Below are positions 1-13,290 of a stretch of 64,000 nt of DNA, piece by piece (position 1 is the first letter of the stretch; each line of letters begins with the position of its first letter). The stretch lies in the NCBI GenBank assembly GCA_951406725.2, contig OX597819.1, forward strand, positions 33,542,001 to 33,606,000. The letters are read 5' to 3'. The notes under the pieces are model-generated. The model saw only the letters and a list, made by a program, of their open reading frames with translations. It had not been told where the DNA came from and searched no databases. This DNA comes from Octopus vulgaris. Taxonomy: Eukaryota. A program made the position numbers and the translations under genes.

Positions 1-1992
1 TTTGTGATATTGTTTTCTGTTGTTGATAACCTCCAAGTCCACTCTGATTTAGTGAACTCATGATGAAAGGAGATCCTACCCTGACCATCACATCTTATAT
101 TTCTGATACAATATGTCTAATATATCTTTTTAGAGAAAGATTTGGCTACTCTTTCTAGTTGCTTGAGCAATCATGTAGAGACACCTTCTTTGATTCATAT
201 TCGGAATGTGTATTCATGGTGTAGAAAGGAACTGTATTTAGATAAGTGAGATTGCCAAGAACTTTTGGACATTTACCTTAACATGTAAACATATTTCCTC
301 AAATACAACCTTTACAATATCAGTTACTAGAATAAGCATCAATATTCACAAAAACAACAATCTCCCCGCCTCTCCAGCTTTCTCATTCACACACTTATTT
401 ACATACCAGACATACCCCATACATTCCATCCTTCACTGAATTTGATATTTTTCCATACACATGTTGATTTCTGGTCTAACTCCAACTTCCTGCAACTGAA
501 GATATTATATTATTAAATAAGCTTTAAAGAGCTGCTACTTATGGAACCACAACTATTTACTAACTAATCTCTTCTTTCTTAACTTATTGAAACATTCTTA
601 AGAACCTCATATAACTTTGACAGAGTTCAGTGTCAAATATCTCTCTGTACCACTTTGGTTAGCTGTGCTACTCAACAATATTATTCATATTCTATTTAGT
701 ATAATCTCTCACACAATAATACTTTGCCATAACGGTATCGCATTTAGTATGGAAAATTCATCAAGTCAGAAATATGCTGTCTTGACTGAGTAAACTTATG
801 ATGAAGGGAATTTCAATTATGACCATTGTGTGTTTTGTTTTAATTTTTTTTTCCCCAGATGTAATGTATCTAGAATTATCATCATCATTTAATGCCTGCT
901 TTTCATGCTGGCTTGGATTGGGCAGTTTGACAGGGAGCTGTCCAGGCTCCAGTTGTCAGTTGAGGCATGGTTTTTATGGCTGGATGCCCTTCTTAACACC
1001 AACCACTTAACAGTGTGTGCTGGGTACATTTTTATATGCCACCAGCACAGGTGCGTTTACGCAGCACTGGCACAAGTATATTGATGCAGAACCAGCACAG
1101 GTGCATTGACACAGCACAGGTATGGATGCTTTTTAAGTGGCACTAGCACCTGAAAGGACAAGCCTATATGTGTGGAGAACAAGGATTTTACTTAGCTTGA
1201 TGAGTCTTATCAAGTACAGCTAATCACCATGTATCCCAGTCCCTTGTCATTTCCTCAGTGAGGCCCAGCATCTAAAGATCCTTTCTCACCACTTTGTCCC
1301 ACATCTTCCTGGGTAGCCTCCACAATTACAGCTTGGCACTTCTTTTTTTGTGATTTGTATCTTTTCCGACTCACTAGGGCTTTACGTTTTGCTAAATTAA
1401 CTCTAAGGCCCTTAGATTCCAGGCTTTGTTTCTACAAAAAGTTTCCTTCCTTGACTGTTATTTGTAATAGATCAAATAATCATGTTAGTGATGAGGGTGT
1501 TGCTCTCACAATTATAAGATTATAGTTTTGATTCCCAGACTGGTGGTGTGTTGTGCTTTTGAACAAGACACTTCATTTCACAATGCTCCCATCCACAGAG
1601 CTGTAAATGGGTAATTCTGCAAAGGACTGATATTCCATTCAGCGAGAAATGTTGACCTGCCTGCCAAGCCAGTAGGGTGGCATCATTTGAGAGCTACAAC
1701 AATGCAGGGAAGTGCATTGTGATTAGCAGTGTATAACAACATCTAATAGTTTAGTTGATGCAGGGATATACAGTGGTTAGGCATGTTGCACTCAGGATTG
1801 AGAGATTGTGGTTTTTACATGGCTCCAGTTCACTCAACTGTAGATAGACAACACTGCAACAGACTGGCCTTTTGACCAGAGAGAATGTTAGCCTGCTCAC
1901 TTAGCCAGAAAAAAATGACGTAAAGTGCATTGTAACCAGCGTTGTGTAACAACATCTGATAGTCTGGTCAATCATGTGATATATATATATAT

Positions 1993-2027
<35 letters not shown>

Positions 2028-2180
2028 ATAATAATAATAATAATAATAATCTATGGATGGAATTTATAAATATTTTAAGGCATCACTACACATGTTTCCA
2101 TGAATCACATTTCTTATGATCAAATGCATGCAGTAATGCATTCCATCCTATTATTATTATCATTATTATTATTATTATTA

Positions 2181-2215
<35 letters not shown>

Positions 2216-2228
2216 GTTATTATTATTA

Positions 2229-2732
2229 TTGAGTGAGAGAGCAGTGCATGCTATCAAAGTAACACTGGGGTAAAATATACGAAGCCCATTATACCCATCA
2301 TGACTACCCGTCTTATAAGGGTACACCAGGCACATGCATCACAACCATATGTGCGCGACATGGTTATCTCATATCAAGATAAACAGCACATGGCCTTGCA
2401 GGTGGGGCCCAGTTAGAATTTTCTTCTGCTCGAATAACTCATCCCGCTCAAAAGGTCCCTGAATAAGGATTGTTTAAGGATGTTGAACGAACCACCCATG
2501 TTTCCAGAGGTGAATTATTCAAACCCCAAAGAATCTCTCTCACATGACTATGATACTCCCCCACTACTTCTGCTCATGATCAGAGATGCACATATCGTCA
2601 GCCACTAAGGGACATGCTCAACTGGTTAAGGTCAAACAACTGACAAGCAAATCTGTTGTATTATTATTATTATTATTATTATTATCATCATCATCATCAT
2701 CATCATCATTATTATTATTACTATTATTATTA

Positions 2733-2806
<74 letters not shown>

Positions 2807-3315
2807 GAGTGAGAGAGCAGTTCATGCCATCAAAGTGACACTGGGGTAAAATATACGAAGCCCAATATACCCATCATGACTACCCGTCTGATAAAGGTAC
2901 ACCAGGCACATGCATCACAACCATATGTGCGCGACATGGTGATCTCATATCAAGATAAACAGCACATGACCTTGCAGGTGGGGCCCAGTTAGAATTTTCT
3001 TCAGGTTGAGTAGCCCATCCTGCTCAAACGGTCCCTGAATAAGGGTTGCTTTAGGATGTTGAACGAAACACCTATGTTTCCAGAGGTGAACCATTCAAAC
3101 TCCAAAGAATCCCTCTCAACACATGGCCATGATGCTCCCCCACTACTTCTGCTCGTGATCAGAGATGCACATATCGTCAGCCACTAAGGGACATGCTCAA
3201 CTGGTTAAGGTCAAACAACTGACAAGCAAATCTGTGGTATTGAGCAGAATATTTGCTGTAGCCCATCTTTTATACCTGATGCTCCCCCACTACTTCTGCT
3301 CGTGATCAGAGATGC
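2229..3315. mobile_element. Two tandem copies (2229-2658, 2806-3272) plus a fragment of a ~450-bp non-coding repeat inserted in (TTA)n
   Basis: Near-identical copies start with gagtgagagagcag, each preceded by an (ATT)n tract. Confidence 0.75.
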
Positions 3316-3407
3316 TATTATTATTATCATTATTATTATCATTATTATTATTATTATTATCATCATCATCATTATTATTATTACTATTATCATTATTATC
3401 ATTATTA

Positions 3408-3450
<43 letters not shown>

Positions 3451-3867
3451 CATTATTATCATCATCATCATCATCATCATCGTCATTATCATCATCATCA
3501 TTATCATCATTATTATTATTATTATTATTATTACAATATTTATCCTATCTTATGTTGGCCCAGCTTGGTGCAGCCCCCCAAAAAACTGCTATTGTCAGTT
3601 GGTATCATTAGGCCCACATAATAAAGTAGAAGGTTCTATAGCAATATTCAAAAACATTTCTCATAAACGAACCTAAAGGATACACACACACACACACATA
3701 CAACAGTCTTTTGAATAGATTTTTTTTGGCAAATTCAATTTACAAGGTATTGGTGAACTTGAAATTATAGTAGAGGACTCTTGCCAAGGTGCATTGCAGT
3801 CAGACTGTGAAATCAAGAACCATTTGATTGTGCAATAAACTTCTTAACCGTACTTGTTCTACAGTTC

Positions 3868-4020
3868 AATATTTAAGAGATGAGGAATTATGTACATTAT
3901 TTACATTCATCTTGTTTGTTGTTAACATAATGTTTCGACTGATATACCCTCCAGGCTTCTTCAGGTGTCTTGGAGAAATTTAAAACCTGAGTTCTCATTC
4001 CTGAGGTATTTTTCGATGTT
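3868..4020 (-). mobile_element. Penelope pLTR-like repeat with minimal hammerhead-like motif (3924-3969)
   Basis: Inverted copy of 5500-5672. Motif GACAC-CUGAAGA-AGCCUG..CAGUC-GAAA-CA-UU-AUGUU. Confidence 0.55.
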
Positions 4021-4059
4021 ATTATTATTATTATCATTGTCATTTACTTTTAATCTGCA

Positions 4060-5381
4060 TGTTTGATGCAATCACCTGCCGGGGCACACCCAGCGCCCTA
4101 GGGCAAGTGAAGGTTAAGAGTTGTTGAAATACAGCTGAAAGCTTGGGGAGGGGAAGTAGAGATATATCTCCATGTAATGCAAACACAGACATTTACATTG
4201 ATAGGGTTTTTCTAAGGATGTGGGCAGTACTTGTTAGCACAATCTTTTGAATTTCCTTGAGACATGGTTTTCCAGGGATATTGTCTAGGTGTTTCTGACA
4301 TCCCTTTTTTATCATACCTAGGGCACCTACAATAACAGGAACAGTTTTTGCTTTAAGATTCCACATCCTCTGTATTTCGATTTCCAGGTCCTTATATTTA
4401 CTAAGTTTGTCAAATTCCTTGACAGATACATTTTTATCAGTGGGGACGCTTACTTCTATTAGTCTGCAGGTATTTTCTTCCCTGTCCTTAACAATTATGT
4501 CTGGTCGATTAGCCTTGATCGTTCTGTCAGTGTTGACTGGAAAATCCCAGAGGATGGTGACATCTTTACCTTCAACAACTGGCTGAGGATGGTGTTCGTA
4601 CCAGTTAGCAGGAGTGTCGGATTTGTAGTGTTTACATATCTTCCAATGTATATACTGTCCTACCCTATCGTGGCGATTTTTGTATTCGTTTGGTGTCAGC
4701 ACAGGACATCCCGAAACGAGATGGTCTATCGTTTCGTCAAATGTGTCGCAGAATCTGCATTTAGGGTCAGTACCGTTTCGGAGAACGTTAGCCTGGTAAT
4801 TTCTGGTAAACAAGCTTTGATCTTGTGCTACCATTATGAAACCTTCAGTCTCTGCTTTCAATCCAGAGCTCTTCAGCCACTGATGGGTTGTTGCTTGGTC
4901 TACATCAGCATTTTGGCTTCGGAGAATATATTGTCCATGCAGGGGCTTCTGGCTCCACCACCTCTCAATTTGATTCTGCCCGTTCTTTTTTTTGCAGTCT
5001 GCTTGATTCGCTTTGCTTGCTTGGTAGCAGTGGTTTCCGGCTCTTCATCTGATTCAAGGTTAATGTCTAGTTCCCTTTCGAACTTATAAGCTTCCTTGAC
5101 AATAATTCTATTTGTTGCTTTCGTGTTCGCGCACAAGTCGCAGCATCCAGTCCTTTGTACTAGATAGGTACCTGTTCATTCCTACAGTAGAGGTCTTAAA
5201 GCACAGCTCTAATTGCATCATTCCTCTCCCCCCGCTGCTTCTAGGTAGGTACAAGCGGTCTACATCTGCCTTAGGGTGGTGCATGCTCCTGGATGTCAGT
5301 AACTTTCTTGTCTTCCTGTCTAAGCGTTGGAGTTCCGTAAGGTTCCAGTTAATGATATTAAAACTGTACTGGACTACTGGA
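4060..5381 (-). mobile_element. 5'-truncated R4/Dong-clade (restriction-like endonuclease) non-LTR retrotransposon, frameshifted
   Basis: ORF pieces encode the RT C-terminal region (HPKADVDRLYLPRSSGGRGM), a CCHC knuckle (CRFC..DETIDHLVSGC) and an RLE (RPDIIV..LIEVSVP..KLSKY). It is bounded by (TAA)n/(TTA)n tracts, the known Dong target. Confidence 0.88.
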
Positions 5382-5393
5382 CTATTATTGTTA

Positions 5394-5446
<53 letters not shown>

Positions 5447-5499
5447 GTTCAGTAATAAAAAAAAAAAACTAATAATAATAATAATGATGATGATGATAA

Positions 5500-5672
5500 T
5501 AACAACAACATCGAAAAATACCTCAGGAATGAGAACCCAGGTTCGAAATTTCCCCAAGACACCTGAAGAAGGCTGGAGGGTATATCAGCCGAAACATTGT
5601 TTTAACAACAAACAAGATGAGGACAAATATCCGTTGAATGTAAATAATGTAAATAATGTAAATAATGTACAT
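5500..5672 (+). mobile_element. Penelope pLTR-like repeat with minimal hammerhead-like motif (5558-5603)
   Basis: GACAC-CUGAAGA-AGGCUG-GAGGGUAUAU-CAGCC-GAAA-CA-UU-GUUUU, followed by an (AATGTAAAT)n tail. Confidence 0.55.
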
Positions 5673-6111
5673 ACTTGTTCTGTTTGTTCCTGCTACTTTA
5701 TTTCTCAACTAAAGAAGGAGAAGCTAATGAGGTAAAAACAACTCCTAGAAATAGTAGCCAAAAGTCACATATATTAAAGTTTACCATTTTGGACAATGTA
5801 GTCCCAAAGGCACTATGCCTGAAACAAAATATAGATAGTATTGTTATAGGTGGAATATCTATGATCACAGCACAGTCTAATAAGGGTAACCTGGGGTTAA
5901 ACAATTCAAGACAAGTAAAATATAAATTTGATTCTCAGAAGAGTTTCAGTTTCATGAGAACTGAATGTTTTGTTTGTGGCTGAAAGAAAGATTTTCATTT
6001 TGGCTCTAAGAATCATCTCATTCGGAAAACAATAGGAATATTTAATACTTTGTCACTGAGTTTAAAATGAAGATATGGATTACATTTAAAGAATGATAAA
6101 AGAAAACTTAC

Positions 6112-6209
6112 CTATTCTTGAACAGAAAACGAATTGTGCTATTAGAGTCTATTTTCCCTGAGTGACTGTCACGGAAAGCTTGTTCCCATTTAGATATAAC
6201 ATCACATAC
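6112..6209 (-). CDS. PLEKHH2: Internal exon E (98 nt, phase 0/2), FERM F1 lobe
   Basis: VCDVISKWEQAFRDSHSGKIDSNSTIRFLFKN(R), with the PLEKHH motif CD.ISKWEQ...KNR. Acceptor tttacag, donor GTAAGT. No further exon was found in 1-6111, so the gene continues beyond the window. Confidence 0.93.
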
Positions 6210-6250
6210 CTGTAAATAAAACGTTCTCATATAATACATACATACATGTC

Positions 6251-6290
<40 letters not shown>

Positions 6291-6391
6291 AAATTGAGGA
6301 TAAAATCTTTATAAGAAATTATCAGTAGTTAGCGTGAAAAACCTCGTAAGAGAAAAAATCCGTAAATTTTTCCACTTTGAAAATATTTATT

Positions 6392-6743
6392 TATATTATA
6401 TAGAGGGTACTACTATTCATAGATACCGCATGCTAGGAGGGGCCCTTGCGGCCATAACTACTAAAATAAACAAACTGTACCGAATGCAAAACTTCAAAGC
6501 AAGTCATTTAAAAAAAGAATTTAGTTACATATCACCTGTGATTTCGCAATTAATGCAGAATATGCATTCTATGCTCATCAGTGCAACAAACTCAAGACAT
6601 ATAAGAAAAAACATAACATTTTTTTAAATGACTTGCTTTGAAGTTTTGCATTCGGTACAGTTTGTTTATTTTAGTAGTTATGGCCGCAAGGGCCCCTCCT
6701 AGCGTGCGGTATCTATGAATAGTAGAACCCTCTATATAATATA
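6392..6743. repeat. Inverted repeat, ~125-bp arms (6392-6516 / 6619-6743)
   Basis: Direct reverse-complement match; flanked by (TA)n. Confidence 0.95.
6524..6587 (-). ncRNA. Canonical type-I hammerhead ribozyme motif
   Basis: Minus strand reads GUUGCA-CUGAUGA-GCA(UAGAAUGCAUAUUCUGCAUUAAU)UGC-GAAA-UCAC-AG-GUGA-UA^UGUAAC. Stem I GUUGCA/UGUAAC, the full core, stems II and III, and an AUA cleavage triplet are present. Confidence 0.85.
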
Positions 6744-9477
6744 TATATATATATGTATGTATATAAAGATGATATTATACATTTTTATAGTTGCATGATA
6801 TGTAGAAGACACTGAGAAACACAGACCACCCAAAGTGGCCCCAAGTGGCCCCAACAGAGGGACCAGCTATCACAGTTAACAGCTATATGGTCAAAAAGTA
6901 TGATTTAAGATATGAAAGCAGAGAAAACAGTCGGATCATTTTGTATAGTCAGTCAGATGCTGAGAATATCCAGTGCTCACACCAGTTAATTATGTAGTCA
7001 ATCAGATAGTTACAGGGAGATGCCATACCCAAGGGCAAAAAGATGCTCAAGATAGAAACAAGTTATGTGTTGAAATCTCTTAAACAAGATAAGAAATGAC
7101 AATGAATTCAATGAAAAATTTAGCATGCAGGAGAAAGCAAAACTAAAAATCAAGGATCGACAAAGTAAATCTAGCTAAGTTTAAGTTGGCCAGAAAGATG
7201 ACAAGATTTCACCATCAGGAAAGCGGACAGGCTTGATGTACTAAAAAGGAATAAGAAGAAATTCCGAATGGAGAGGTAATATTTATCCTACTTAAATGTG
7301 GATGTTTTGTGGAACAAACTATACTATGGTTGATACAATGAGAGAAATTCTCATATTGGCTTTTGGGTGTAAAATGCACTCTTGTTTTGCACCAAAAACC
7401 GATATAAGAGTTTTTCTCATGGTATTTACTACAGTATAGCTTGTTCTAACAGAACATCCATATTTAAATGAGATAAATATTACATCTCAGATTTAATACT
7501 GCCTCTGTCACTAATATATAAAGTCCATATGGTCTCCCCAATGTAAACTATGGGTGTACAAGTGGTGTTGTGGGTTACAGGGAGGTTACTAAAGAAGGAA
7601 GATTTTATATAAAGAAAAAAGAAGAATATATAGAAAAAGATAGCAGTAAGAGGATCTAGGAAATAAATTCTTTCAAATTCTCAAGAAACTCCATATTTGA
7701 GAGCTTCTCTTACTGAAGAGACCAAATGATAAGGTTTGCGCAAGAACAGAGTGGATGATGTTCAAGAAGATATTACCTCTACTGGTAACAAAGTGCTTCT
7801 GGTTGTAAGTGAAGGCTAAATTGTAAGATGAATGTGTATGAAGTGCAATGCAATGTTACATAGTGGAAATTATGGGTATTGAATGTAGATGATGAGTAAA
7901 GGCTAGAGCATGCTTTGATGGATGTGTAATACTAACGAGCATAAATGATGAAGTACAAATGAGTTGAGAGCAAAACTAAGTGTAGGAAAAATTCAGTATA
8001 GTGTGCAAAAGAGGTGATAGTGATGGTGTGGACATGTGATGTGTTTGAAGATTTGACAGTTGGGTGTAGAAGTATAAGTGTTCAAAGTGGAATCTGCAGA
8101 AGAGGAAGAGTTAGGGCAGAAGGGGAAAAAGCTGATCTCAAGAAGTTGAATCCATGTCAGGAAGGGAAAAGTGGATATAAGAACAATATGTGTATGTGTG
8201 TGTGTGTGTGTGTGTGTGCATGTGCAGACGCATGTGTATACGTACAGAAAAACACAAAAGAATGGAGAATTTTACATTATTTAATGAGCTTACACATGTT
8301 TCATATAGATTGGCAAATTCCAAAATTCTGCAATGCAGTAATCATGCATATTAATGCATATTTATATGATGTACTAAATTTCCACAGAAATAGAGAAATT
8401 AAACACCATCCTATCCTTATCAAAGCTATACCACACTACTTTCATTAGAGAACATTTTAAGGAAAACACTAGTAAAACTAAAAATATATGATCAGTATAA
8501 GGAGTAGAGGGGTTTCTAGTGGACCTACTTAGAAATGGTGCTTCCCAGATTAAGCTACAATTTATAATGGTACTTAGGGTCAAGGTGTTGAGCTGGTAGA
8601 ATTGTTAACGTGCCAGACAAAATGTCTTGTAGCATTTCTTCTGACTTCACGTTCTGAGTTCTAAAGCCACTGGGGTCAACTTTGCCTTTCTTTACTTCAG
8701 GGTTGGTAAAATAAGTACCAGTTGAGCACTGGGGTCAATGTAATCAACTTACTACCTCTCCCAAAAGTACTGGCTTTGTGCCAAAATTGAAAACCAATAT
8801 GGTACTTAGAGTCTTCAGTACAACTTGTTGACTTGAAAGTTTATGTAAAATACCTACTCACATTTAAACTATTACTGGCCAATTCAAATACATATGCAGA
8901 ACCAAGCTGCATTTGTATTTAATCATTTAAATCATTGATAATCATTTAAATCATGATGGAAATGTCATTTGAACAGTATTAATTCTAAATACAAACTATG
9001 AGAAGACAGGCTGAGTTAATGAGAATTTTAAAGGAAAATAACCAATATATTATACACTACGGAAGATATTCTATTTCAAAAATATTTTCCTCAAAAGAAT
9101 AAATATTTAAAAATTAAAATTATTGTGATATGATTGAGATAAATGAAAGTGAAAAAATAAAATTAAAGTGCTAAATCTAAAAATAAATTTTAAATTAATC
9201 AAAAAATAATAATTAAAAAATCTGATTACAGAATTTAAAAACAGTTAAAATAATAATAATGATGATTTCAAATTTTAGCACAGGGCCAGCAAATTCAGGG
9301 GAGGAAGTAAGTTGATTACATTGGCCCCTGTGGTCAACTGGTACTTATTTTATTGATCCAAGAAGATGACAGGCAATATCAACTCCGGCAGCACTTGAAC
9401 TCAGAATGTAAAATTAGGAAAAATGCTACTAAGCATTTTTCCCGGCACAGTGACAATTCTGCCAGCTCACCACCTTA

Positions 9478-9537
<60 letters not shown>

Positions 9538-9884
9538 CATCATCGTTTAACGTCCGTTCTCCATGCTAGCATGGATTGGACAGTTCGACCGGGGATCTGG
9601 GAAGCCAGAAGGCTGCACCAGGCTCCAGTCTTATCTGGCAATGTTTCTACAGCTGGATGCCCTTCCTAACGCCAACCACTCTGTGAGTGTAGTGGGTGCT
9701 TTTTACGTGCCACCTGCACTGGTGTCAGGCGAGGCTGGCATCGGCCACGGTCGGATTGGTGCATTTTATGTGCCACCTGCACGGAAGCCAGTTGAGGCGG
9801 CACTGGCTTCGGCCACGATTCGGATGGTACTTTTTACGTGCCACCGACATGGAAGCCAGTCGAGGCGGCGCTGACATCGGCCAC

Positions 9885-9922
<38 letters not shown>

Positions 9923-10915
9923 TTAATCAGAAAATTAAGATGATTGAAATAATCAGACAAAAAAATATATATTAATGTATCTATTAAATAATACTAGCTA
10001 TATAAAATATACTAAATATACAAAATGAAGAAAGATAGACCCAACCTATATTAGTACACCATATATTACTAATTATTACCTTATTTATTTGGGAAGGTTT
10101 TAAAGGTTCTTCTAAGTAAATGTGTACAACCTAATATTAATTCATTTTTGTTTATTTAATATGTTAGATTTGGATGTAAAGATATGCAGTGTCTCCTTGA
10201 GTCATTGCATTGCTGTTTCCTCCTATTACTGGGCAGTGCACTATTTATTATAGATCATTTAATACCTTACCTAACATTCCTATATTTGAGACTCCAGACA
10301 TAAAACATGATAATATAATCTTGATTTAAAATCAGTTGTGCAAGCACCTATATAATAGTATATGATAGTTACTGAAAATTTATAAACTTATAAAAGTTTT
10401 TTTTCTTTAGCATTGGTTATACAATGAATATTCCAGTTGATTTTTATTGCTAAATATCCAGCTAAGTCTATGTTTGAGAATTTTTTTTTTTGTGTGCCTG
10501 AAAAGTTCTTATTGACTATATTTGGTGTTGAGCTAGGAATCTCTTCTATATAAAGATATGATAGATATGATATACATGTTTTCTCTATCCAAGCTTGATA
10601 TTTCAAATTCATTATCTATAACTCTAAGTTGTTTTTCACTATTACACTTTATATCATCATTATTGTTATGATTATTATTATCATTATTACAACAATTACC
10701 ATTAATATTATTAAAATTGTTGTTATGATTATTAGGGTGGCGAGTTGGCAAAATTGTTAGCACATCTTTACATTCTGAGTTCAAATTTTGCCAAGGTTGA
10801 CTTTGCCTTTCAAACTTTCGGGGTCAATAAAGTAAGTACTAGTTGAGTACTGGGGTCGATGTAATTGACTAGTACCCTCTCCCAAATTTCAGACTTTGTG
10901 CTTTTAATAGAAAGG

Positions 10916-10965
<50 letters not shown>

Positions 10966-11296
10966 GAATGGTCGCAAGAATGTCCAGTATGAACAGACCA
11001 ATTCTGAGGATACACCTGTGAAAATTAAAAGGAAATATAAAAGGAGAAAGGGGCTCTCTACCTCACTTTTGATCAGGCTCCCGTGGCTTTTATGGGTTTT
11101 TCCATGAGTAACCTTTCGAAGCGCCTCCCCCATTTGGGAGTTTTAATTGTTACTTACATTTCGTTGTTACCCTGCTTTTGAACACGGACTTTTTCAAACA
11201 GACAAAACCCTTTGTAACTTTCGTCCTGTGTTTTGTCCCTTTATGTTTTAATTGATTTTTGTTAGCTCTTGTGGCCAATAAACGAACGAACTATTA

Positions 11297-11459
11297 GGCG
11301 CAGGAGTGGCTGTGTGGTAAGTAGCTTGTTTACCAACCACATGGTTCCGGGTTCAGTCCCACAGCGTGGCACCTTGGGCAAGTGTCTTCTACTATAGCCC
11401 CGGTCCGACCAAAGCCTTGTGAGTGGATTTGGTAGACGGAAACTGAAAGAAGCCCATCG

Positions 11460-11498
<39 letters not shown>

Positions 11499-11697
11499 TT
11501 GTGTGTCTGTGTTTGTCCCCCCAACATTGCTTGACAACCGATGCTGGTGTGTTTACGTCCCCGTCACTTAGCGGTTCGGCAAAAGAGACCGATAGAATAA
11601 GTACTGGGCTTACAAAGAATAAGTCCCGGGGTCGATTTGCTCGACTAAAGGCGGTGCTCCAGCATGGCCGCAGTCAAATGACTGAAACAAGTAAAAG

Positions 11698-11700
<3 letters not shown>
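11297..11700 (+). mobile_element. tRNA-derived SINE family 1 (representative full-length copy)
   Basis: A-box TGGCTGTGTGG, B-box GGTTCAGTCCC, internal (TA)n(TG)n, tail gaaacaagtaaaagag. Other copies at ~15833-15985(+), 22345-22750(-), 24455-24850(+), 28327-28467(-), 29797-30200(-), 37633-38024, 46181-46575(+), 56926-57330(-), 60465-61210(+), 61634-62055(+), 62398-62827(-). Confidence 0.9.
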
Positions 11701-11735
<35 letters not shown>

Positions 11736-11972
11736 ATTTGTAATTATTATCATTTGACTTGGCTCAGGGTTGGTCTTGTTTCTGGTAGAATTTTTGTGGG
11801 TCATGGGTAAACTACCTGTAGCCTTAAATATCCACATAATTTCAATGAGCCATCAAGTGTTGAAAAACACTTCTGATAATCTTTCCTGTTTCCTAAGAGG
11901 CAAAATATCTGTTTAAAGCTCTACAGGACATTCCGTTCCAATCTCATTTAATCCGTTCTCTATGACACCACC

Positions 11973-12059
<87 letters not shown>

Positions 12060-12326
12060 ACTACTACTACTACTGCTACTACTACTACTACTACTACTAC
12101 CTTTATCACTATTATTTAGTGGATTGGGGGAATCCATTCCACCAAACTCTCTTAACTTAATAATGTTATACATATATATGTGTGTGTGTATGTATACACT
12201 CACACACACACGCACACACACACGCACACACACAACACATGTATGATGACTATTCAAAGAGAAACAAGAATAAATGGAAGGATACGCACACAAGCAGATG
12301 CAAAAACACAAATATACACAAACATG

Positions 12327-12387
<61 letters not shown>

Positions 12388-12609
12388 GCACACACAGGTA
12401 CATAGAGATAATAATTAATCATGAAATTTTGAAATTCTAACAAATCAAGAATCCTGATAGAAAGCTGATAAATATTCTCGTTATGTGAGGCAATGTAGAA
12501 AGTTGAGATAACGATCTTATTGAAATATTCTAAATAATGTAAAGAATCATTAATGAATAGGGATTTTAAAAAAAAATACTTCAGTTTAAACAGTGTGGAC
12601 AATACAGTG

Positions 12610-13290
12610 GTAGTAGTAATTATAAGGATGGTGGCGGTGGTGTTAGTGGTGGTGGTCATGGTAGTTGCGATGTTGTTGTTGGTGGTGGTAGTTGGGATGA
12701 TGGCGGTGGTGGTGGTGGTGGTAGCTGTGTTGGTAGTCAGAGTACTTGTGATAGTTGTGATGTTGGTGGTGGTGGCGGTGGTTGTTGGGATGATGGCGGT
12801 GGTGGTGGTGGTGGTGGTGGTGGTAGCTGTGTTGGTAGTCAGGGTACTTGTGATAGTGGTGGTGGTGGTCATGGTAGTTGTGATGTTGTTGGTGGTGGTG
12901 GTAGTTGGGATGATGGTGGTGGTGGTGGTGGTGGTGGTGGTAGCTGTGTTGGTAGTCAGAGTACTTATGATAGTCGTGATGGTTGTGGCAGTTGTGATGG
13001 TAGTCAGGGTAGTTGTTGTGGTGGTGGTGGTGGTAGTAGTTGGGATGATGGTAGTGGTGGTAGTTATTGTAGTTGTGAGGGTTCTGGTGGTAGTGGTGGT
13101 AGTGGTTGTGACAGTGGTGGTGGTAATTGTGATGGTAGTGGCAGTTGTGATAGTGGTGGTAGCTGAGACAGCAGTGGTGATGGAAATGTTGGTTGATGCA
13201 ATGGTAGTAGTTGTAATGGTGGTCATGGTGACCATAGTGGTGGTGATGATGGTGGTGGTGGTGGTGGTGGTGGTGGTGGTGGTGAAGGTG
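12610..13290. repeat. (GTG)-rich compound microsatellite with higher-order duplications
   Basis: Recurrent units gtagctgtgttggtagtcag(a/g)gtactt and gtagttgggatgatgg within (GTG)n. Confidence 0.85.

Noticed and set aside
11262-11837. Recurrent short ORFs such as [28 protein letters not shown] seen many times in the window
   Set aside because: They are translations of SINE family 1 copies, not a gene family.
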